Virus record (IMG/VR): IMGVR_UViG_3300037189_010778
Span: 1 to 64,000 of that record
Length of the DNA: 64,000 nt
Strand: one strand, 5' to 3'
Origin: an uncultured virus (IMG/VR IMGVR_UViG_3300037189_010778)
Lineage: Duplodnaviria > Heunggongvirae > Uroviricota > Caudoviricetes
Each line of letters begins with the position of its first letter. Positions within the stretch are counted from its first letter, which is position 1. The notes beneath the pieces are model-generated. The model saw only the letters and a list, made by a program, of their open reading frames with translations, made no database searches and was not told the origin of the DNA. Both the position numbers and the translations under genes were made by a program. Below, piece by piece: positions 59,901 to 64,000 of the stretch.

Positions 59901-60731
59901 TTTTTCTGCTAGTACACTATTAATTTGATATTGTAAACTACCTGTACCTAAAGTAGATGAATTATTAACTAAACTATTATAATTAATCTGTGGAGTAGAG
60001 TTATTAATTTGATCTTTTACAGCTATATTAGTATTAGGACCTTTTAAATAAATATTTTGATCTAAAACATCAAATGTTTGAGTTATATTAATATTGTAAG
60101 CTACCGGGTCAGCTATAGACTCTACCACCCAACATTGAGATTGCATATCTAATGCTTGAGGGAGTGGTTCATATAATTTAATAAGAACTGTAGGATCTGT
60201 CGGATTAGTAGTAATATCTAATAAAATATTATTAGCAATAATAAGATTATTATCACTAAAATCTAGATAAAAATCAATAAATACACTACTACTATTTCTA
60301 TAATTTATAAATTCTTGAGTACTAGTTATTAAATCAACATTAGGGATAGTTGTAGTATTTAATCTAATTTCTGTTCTATCTGAACTAATTTGATCAATGT
60401 AATATCTATTAAGTGGATTTGATGATAATCTATTTTTTAAGAAATTATATACTGTGTTGTAATTTCCTTCTTCATATCCTTGACGTTTTAAATCGGCTTC
60501 AGGATCAATAACAACATTATTATCTATTAATTTAAAGTAAGGATATCCAGTAACATTAGAAAATAAAATACTTTTATTTAAATCATATATAAAATATTCA
60601 ACATGATCTACACTAGAATCAAAATTCTCATATACATCTGTTGTTGGTATAAGATTAATATCTTCTGGAGTATATGTTTGTGCCTCAAATGTTTGAGGAT
60701 TGATAGGTTGTATGTTAACTATTTCAGCCAT
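56982..60731 (-). CDS. Large baseplate wedge-like protein
   Basis: 1249 aa; NLPYILKKKGTPEGLRALITSYG...RINE resembles P2 gpI/T4 gp7-type motif. Confidence 0.6.
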   Translation of the reverse strand: MAEIVNIQPINPQTFEAQTYTPEDINLIPTTDVYENFDSSVDHVEYFIYDLNKSILFSNVTGYPYFKLIDNNVVIDPEADLKRQGYEEGNYNTVYNFLKNRLSSNPLNRYYIDQISSDRTEIRLNTTTIPNVDLITSTQEFINYRNSSSVFIDFYLDFSDNNLIIANNILLDITTNPTDPTVLIKLYEPLPQALDMQSQCWVVESIADPVAYNINITQTFDVLDQNIYLKGPNTNIAVKDQINNSTPQINYNSLVNNSSTLGTGSLQYQINSVLAEKGLEINIDYSDYSEFVFFSSAQTRLENFYYKLSLIGQYQSNANLITSTTNPYISSSSNIWLNKIDEIITGFDGYEYYLYYESGSNAWPKTNSTYPYINASTGSVAGLAFLTAQSATASLYDSNNNDRLVNSIPSYIREDNANDQYMLFVDMVGQNFDSVWVYIKDVTNKYNADNRVNYGISKDLVADVLRDLGIKIYQNNFSTDDLYSAILGITPSGSLYNLPYTTTSLPVPTGSFLEYINNYVTASSTASLDPTFDINAETYKRIYHNLPYILKKKGTPEGLRALITSYGIPDTILRINEFGGKDKNSNTWDYWQDEYNYAYNYISPGVSTRAVQTNWELDSSWNSTSNRPTVLQFRFKVSSSTNIFNTPQQVLWNLGDGTKTCIVLNYTGSGLASGSYNGSIPNLYNLYSELTFYPSSTPAEGLTIYLPFLNEEWWSITAIVNGNDAYLYGGNIQYDGYDGNQLGYYASASGRITPSDWTTGVTSSFFKNSIVYNSRTYSQFSGSLQEIRYYGNINLNESSVKDYIMNPYSIEGNGVGNGYNYLAFRLPLGGELYTGSTSIHPRVTGSWATTSSFNSALPYGKNGAYISPSGSFVSNYETFFYDQVPAGIQNAISEKIQNKNIVLPYSSSDSNIPNANVLSPFISIQQQPSISSSYTNNIDYVEVAFSPQNEINDDINDTFGYFNIGEYIGDPREIPSRNTHYPTLDALRDLYFQKYSSNYNIWNYVRLIKFFDNSLFKMIQDFVPAHTDLASGVVIKQHLLERNRYPTPQLNLTTTQSVYGSGSNPSITWNSPNTFEDITITASIRGIPGMLNGQRIYTSSNQYQSFPIEQTTGSSGGVVPQLNGTASTNLYINITQSWGGTTPSLLGNVAFTQSNQNEFFNGEFSGSVIVAETGKLSYCPYLYANTIETKYKPVFYLSTQLSGSNNALNLFLDPNTSPNPGEIYLYWDSGSTGPLTTPAYSSGTGGGVV

Positions 60732-60732
60732 G

Positions 60733-61083
60733 TTATTGTGTTCTAGTTATATTTACGACATTTTGTTGTAAGTCTAGATTTTCTTGTCTTAATTGATTTA
60801 TTTCTTCAAGTAAAGATTGTATTAGTTCTTCATTAGAATCTAATGTTGTACCAATGTATTCTGTACTTGTTTTTATAAGATACTCATGAGAATTGACTTC
60901 TCCAAATTTAGGTATAGTAAAAAATAATTGTTGATAATAAGTAAAAAACTGTTGAATAGATATAGGAGGATTAGCAGTTGTATCAACAACCGGTTGAGTA
61001 AGTTGATTAAAAGAAGTATTAATTACTTTCTCATACGAATTTTTATTAAATGAAGGTTTTACCAATGTTATTTGATCTGCCAT
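60733..61083 (-). CDS. Hypothetical protein with C-terminal coiled coil
   Basis: 116 aa ORF. Confidence 0.6.
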   Translation of the reverse strand: MADQITLVKPSFNKNSYEKVINTSFNQLTQPVVDTTANPPISIQQFFTYYQQLFFTIPKFGEVNSHEYLIKTSTEYIGTTLDSNEELIQSLLEEINQLRQENLDLQQNVVNITRTQ

Positions 61084-62264
61084 TATCCATTTATAATTTT
61101 AAAGCTATAATTATTATTAAATACTAATGTTGAACCATTAATTGTACTTTTAATTAAGACTGTATAATAACGTTCTGTTTGTAATCCATTCATGTTAATA
61201 TCAAAATAACTACCACTAATATCAGCGTTAAGTTGTGTGAATTGAGTATCAAAATCTATAACAAATTCATTTGTATCTAAATCTTTTATAGCCCAATATG
61301 AAGCTGTAGGTAAGTAATAGTTTTGAGTATAGATTGAAGATGTCTGCCAAACCTGAGGTGGATATTCTGGTCTAGCATTTACTCTAAATCTATTTACACT
61401 TCCTGAATAAAAATATCCTGGGTTTTGAGCTAATGTTACTACTGCAGGTAATGTATCAAGAATAGTTAAACCTGATGAACCAGTATTCCATGTATAATCT
61501 CTCCATTTAAACTCTAATTGAGGTGGGTAAATAGTATGAGTATCAACTGAAAAGAATTTAAGTTCAGGTTGTACGTTAATGTTATTTATAAATTCTGTAG
61601 CATCCGATAATTTAACTATAAAACCATTATCAGCTATTGCTCCAGTATACCATGCTCTAATAATATTAGAAACATTCATATTGATATCTTTATCACTAGA
61701 ATAACTAAATATTTGTGATGCTGTGATAGGATATGTATTTGAGTTAAAATAAGATACATTAGAACCAGTATACCATGTTCCTCCTCCAGCTACAGCATAA
61801 TTTAAATTATATGAACCAGTAACATTTAAAGGATAAGGACCTGTACTCCATCGGGTAGAACCAGAATAATCTAACCATATCCAACTTGTACCATTAGATA
61901 CTTCAGGTTCATCTAAGTACTTACCAGTACCCATTCCCCAATTTCCACATATTGGATAACAATCTATTTGAGTGTTTAACGCTAATCCAGTCTCAGTTGC
62001 TATAAAACATTTTAATGTAGCTGTCCAAGATGAAGTATTCATAAGTTGGGCTGAGCTGCTTATTCCTATTTTATCTTCTAAGATACTATCTATTTCATCT
62101 GATGCAAATTGGACAAGAAATCTACTAACCTGTGGATTACCATTATTTTCTGTTGCTATTTGAGTTTGGGTAGACTCAATAATTTCATCTAATCCTGTGT
62201 TCATACTAGGGAACATAGAATATAATGTCGCGTCTTGGGAGGGAAATATTTTATATACTGCCAT
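61083..62264 (-). CDS. Virion structural protein (baseplate region)
   Basis: 393 aa; DATLYS..P..NTGLDEI; NGFIVK; FFS.DT.TIYPPQL. Confidence 0.6.
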   Translation of the reverse strand: MAVYKIFPSQDATLYSMFPSMNTGLDEIIESTQTQIATENNGNPQVSRFLVQFASDEIDSILEDKIGISSSAQLMNTSSWTATLKCFIATETGLALNTQIDCYPICGNWGMGTGKYLDEPEVSNGTSWIWLDYSGSTRWSTGPYPLNVTGSYNLNYAVAGGGTWYTGSNVSYFNSNTYPITASQIFSYSSDKDINMNVSNIIRAWYTGAIADNGFIVKLSDATEFINNINVQPELKFFSVDTHTIYPPQLEFKWRDYTWNTGSSGLTILDTLPAVVTLAQNPGYFYSGSVNRFRVNARPEYPPQVWQTSSIYTQNYYLPTASYWAIKDLDTNEFVIDFDTQFTQLNADISGSYFDINMNGLQTERYYTVLIKSTINGSTLVFNNNYSFKIING

Positions 62265-62273
62265 AGTTTAATA

Positions 62274-64000
62274 TTATAATGGTACTACTTTACCTTGTAT
62301 GTCTTGATTTAAATATTTTATTTCAAAAATAGATGGATCTAATGAAGGATATACAACATTGGCTGATGTTGCTCCTTTAATATCATAAGCGTAAGGGCTA
62401 TATCCTAAATTCTCACCAACTAAATTTACTATTTCAACGTTTTTAACAGTCTGTACGCCTTGTATTTTATTTAATAATATATATAATTCTCTTAATATAA
62501 TTGGTTGATTTATTTGCCAATTATCTATTGCAAAATATGTTTTAAGAGCGTCGATACATTTAATTAAAACTTCATTATTATTGTAATTAGGTAATACTAT
62601 TATTTCAAAATTTACTCCTATATTAACAATAAATCCATCTTTAATATTAACAGCATCTCCTATCATTCGATATTGAGATAAATATGTTGTTAAATTCTGC
62701 TTTAAAGCTGTTGTAGCTGTACGTAATGTGTTATCAATATTATAACTTAATATATATAAATCTAACACTGAATTAGATTCTCCAGCTGATACTAGAGCGT
62801 CTCTTTTAGTTGGTTCTATATATGCTTTAGATATAACTCCATATTTAGCAGGCATTGATAGTGCTCTTACTAAATAGTCATCTTGAGTTACGTTACGTAA
62901 CTGTGAAGCAAAATTAGCCATTGAATTTTGTCTAATTTCTTCAATTGTATCTCCATCTCCACCTCCATCAGCAGCTAAAGGATTAGTTACAGCTAATGAA
63001 TTAAATACAGTAGTTGCTGTAGTAGAATTTAAATTAGTATTTAAAAATGTTGGAGTAGAGTTTAATGTATTTAAAACATTAGCATTAACATTAGCTGTAA
63101 CTCCCCCACCAGTTAAATATCTTACAGTTAACGTAGTGTTAGAAGGAGCAATACCGTATGTTTTGGTAAATAAGAAATTAGATGGAGAATACGCGGTTGT
63201 AAGTTTAGTTTTTTCAAAAGGTAAACCTATACCTACATTATTTGGATTTGGTGTTATTTCTTCATCACTATCGTTTACTGTACCTGCTCCAAATTGAAAT
63301 TGTAATGTAGTTGAATTAATAAATCGTGTTACAAATCGACGCTGTTGTTTTTCTAATTTAAGAAGATAAGGAGCGTTTCCTTGATTTATGTAAAAATTAG
63401 GATCGTTAGGATTAGTATTTTTTACAGAAGTATAAACCATTTCTTGACCTAAATGATCTACTTCATACCATTGATTTCCATTAGAATCAAATACATCTAA
63501 TACACCAATAACTTTATCATCTGTTAAATTTACAGTAGAAAATTTCTGTGGATTGCCAAAACTAAATGATGTAGTGTTTATAGTTGCTGATATAGCTTTT
63601 CTACTTTTTTTAAGTAAAAAATAATTTGGATTACCTCCTGATACAGAATATACAGTTACTTCAGTAGGATCTTGAGATGACGATACTGTAAAATCAACTG
63701 GATCTTCAATTATAAAAGTAGAAGTAATATTGGTTAAAGTAGATGATACTGTAGAATTAGCGGGTACAAATAAAGCATAAGTAAAGTCAGGCACATACAA
63801 ACTTCCAGATAAAACAGAAGGCACTTGTTGATAAAAATCAACTTCAGTTATAGCTACTTGTGTAACATTTGGTTTATATCCAAACATATATGCTAATTCA
63901 AATAAATTATTTGTCTGACGAGCATATTGTAAAAAGTTTTCTTGAAATTGATTATCAAGATAAAAAGATAAAACATCACCAACATACGCAGCCATTTCCA
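62274..64000 (-). CDS. Baseplate wedge subunit (T4 gp6/baseplate J-like), 5'-truncated
   Basis: AYVGDVLSFYLD; FQFGAG; YLTGGG..AN; GGGDGDTIEEIR; RNVTQDDY; frame continues past the window edge. Confidence 0.85.
   Translation of the reverse strand, partial: EMAAYVGDVLSFYLDNQFQENFLQYARQTNNLFELAYMFGYKPNVTQVAITEVDFYQQVPSVLSGSLYVPDFTYALFVPANSTVSSTLTNITSTFIIEDPVDFTVSSSQDPTEVTVYSVSGGNPNYFLLKKSRKAISATINTTSFSFGNPQKFSTVNLTDDKVIGVLDVFDSNGNQWYEVDHLGQEMVYTSVKNTNPNDPNFYINQGNAPYLLKLEKQQRRFVTRFINSTTLQFQFGAGTVNDSDEEITPNPNNVGIGLPFEKTKLTTAYSPSNFLFTKTYGIAPSNTTLTVRYLTGGGVTANVNANVLNTLNSTPTFLNTNLNSTTATTVFNSLAVTNPLAADGGGDGDTIEEIRQNSMANFASQLRNVTQDDYLVRALSMPAKYGVISKAYIEPTKRDALVSAGESNSVLDLYILSYNIDNTLRTATTALKQNLTTYLSQYRMIGDAVNIKDGFIVNIGVNFEIIVLPNYNNNEVLIKCIDALKTYFAIDNWQINQPIILRELYILLNKIQGVQTVKNVEIVNLVGENLGYSPYAYDIKGATSANVVYPSLDPSIFEIKYLNQDIQGKVVPL

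Noticed and set aside
3043..62163. Plus-strand ORFs and short nested minus-strand ORFs in the track (e.g. 12606-13103, 43346-43747, 338-523, 11318-11572)
   Set aside because: Shadows of longer, motif-supported minus-strand genes
1..64000. Stop-codon reassignment, as in some large Bacteroidota phages
   Set aside because: Standard code gives intact, densely packed, full-length core genes
1..64000. tRNA/rRNA genes, integrase, transposase, tail sheath/tube, inteins
   Set aside because: None recognised; intergenic gaps are short and terminase, portal and primase are of ordinary length. A tRNAscan run would be needed to exclude tRNAs formally.

Overview
A 64-kb, AT-rich segment of a large T4-like (myovirus-type) dsDNA phage. 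All credible genes are on the minus strand. In transcription order (high to low coordinate) the window holds: baseplate/tail genes (gp6-like, truncated at the window edge); a ~32-kb accessory block (three tandem LRR-like genes, GIY-YIG nuclease, primase, exonucleases, putative holin/spanins, MoxR-VWA module, FAD oxidoreductase, many hypotheticals); terminase, portal, prohead protease, scaffold and major capsid; a kinase-like gene, phoH and neck/tail-completion genes; and two tail-fibre-like genes, the last running off the window and missing from the ORF track. Two promoter-like motifs split the genes: TTTG-N20-TATATT(T/A/G)(A/T), resembling the Bacteroidota -33/-7 promoter, and ATATTTATA, a putative late promoter. 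This and other signals point to a Bacteroidota host (inference). The most striking observation is an apparent modular capsid-cargo system. About 20 accessory proteins carry one of three short leaders, usually followed by a hydrophobic-x-E site resembling T4 gp21 cleavage sites, and one leader copies the scaffold C-terminus. A tag E-M-R-V-N-x-P recurs 15 times in 10 proteins, including internally, where it divides polyproteins into mostly unrelated acidic domains. Candidate cargoes include ADP-ribosyltransferase-like, kinase-like, metalloprotease-like and variable LRR proteins. All functional calls come from motif recognition by eye; no searches were run.
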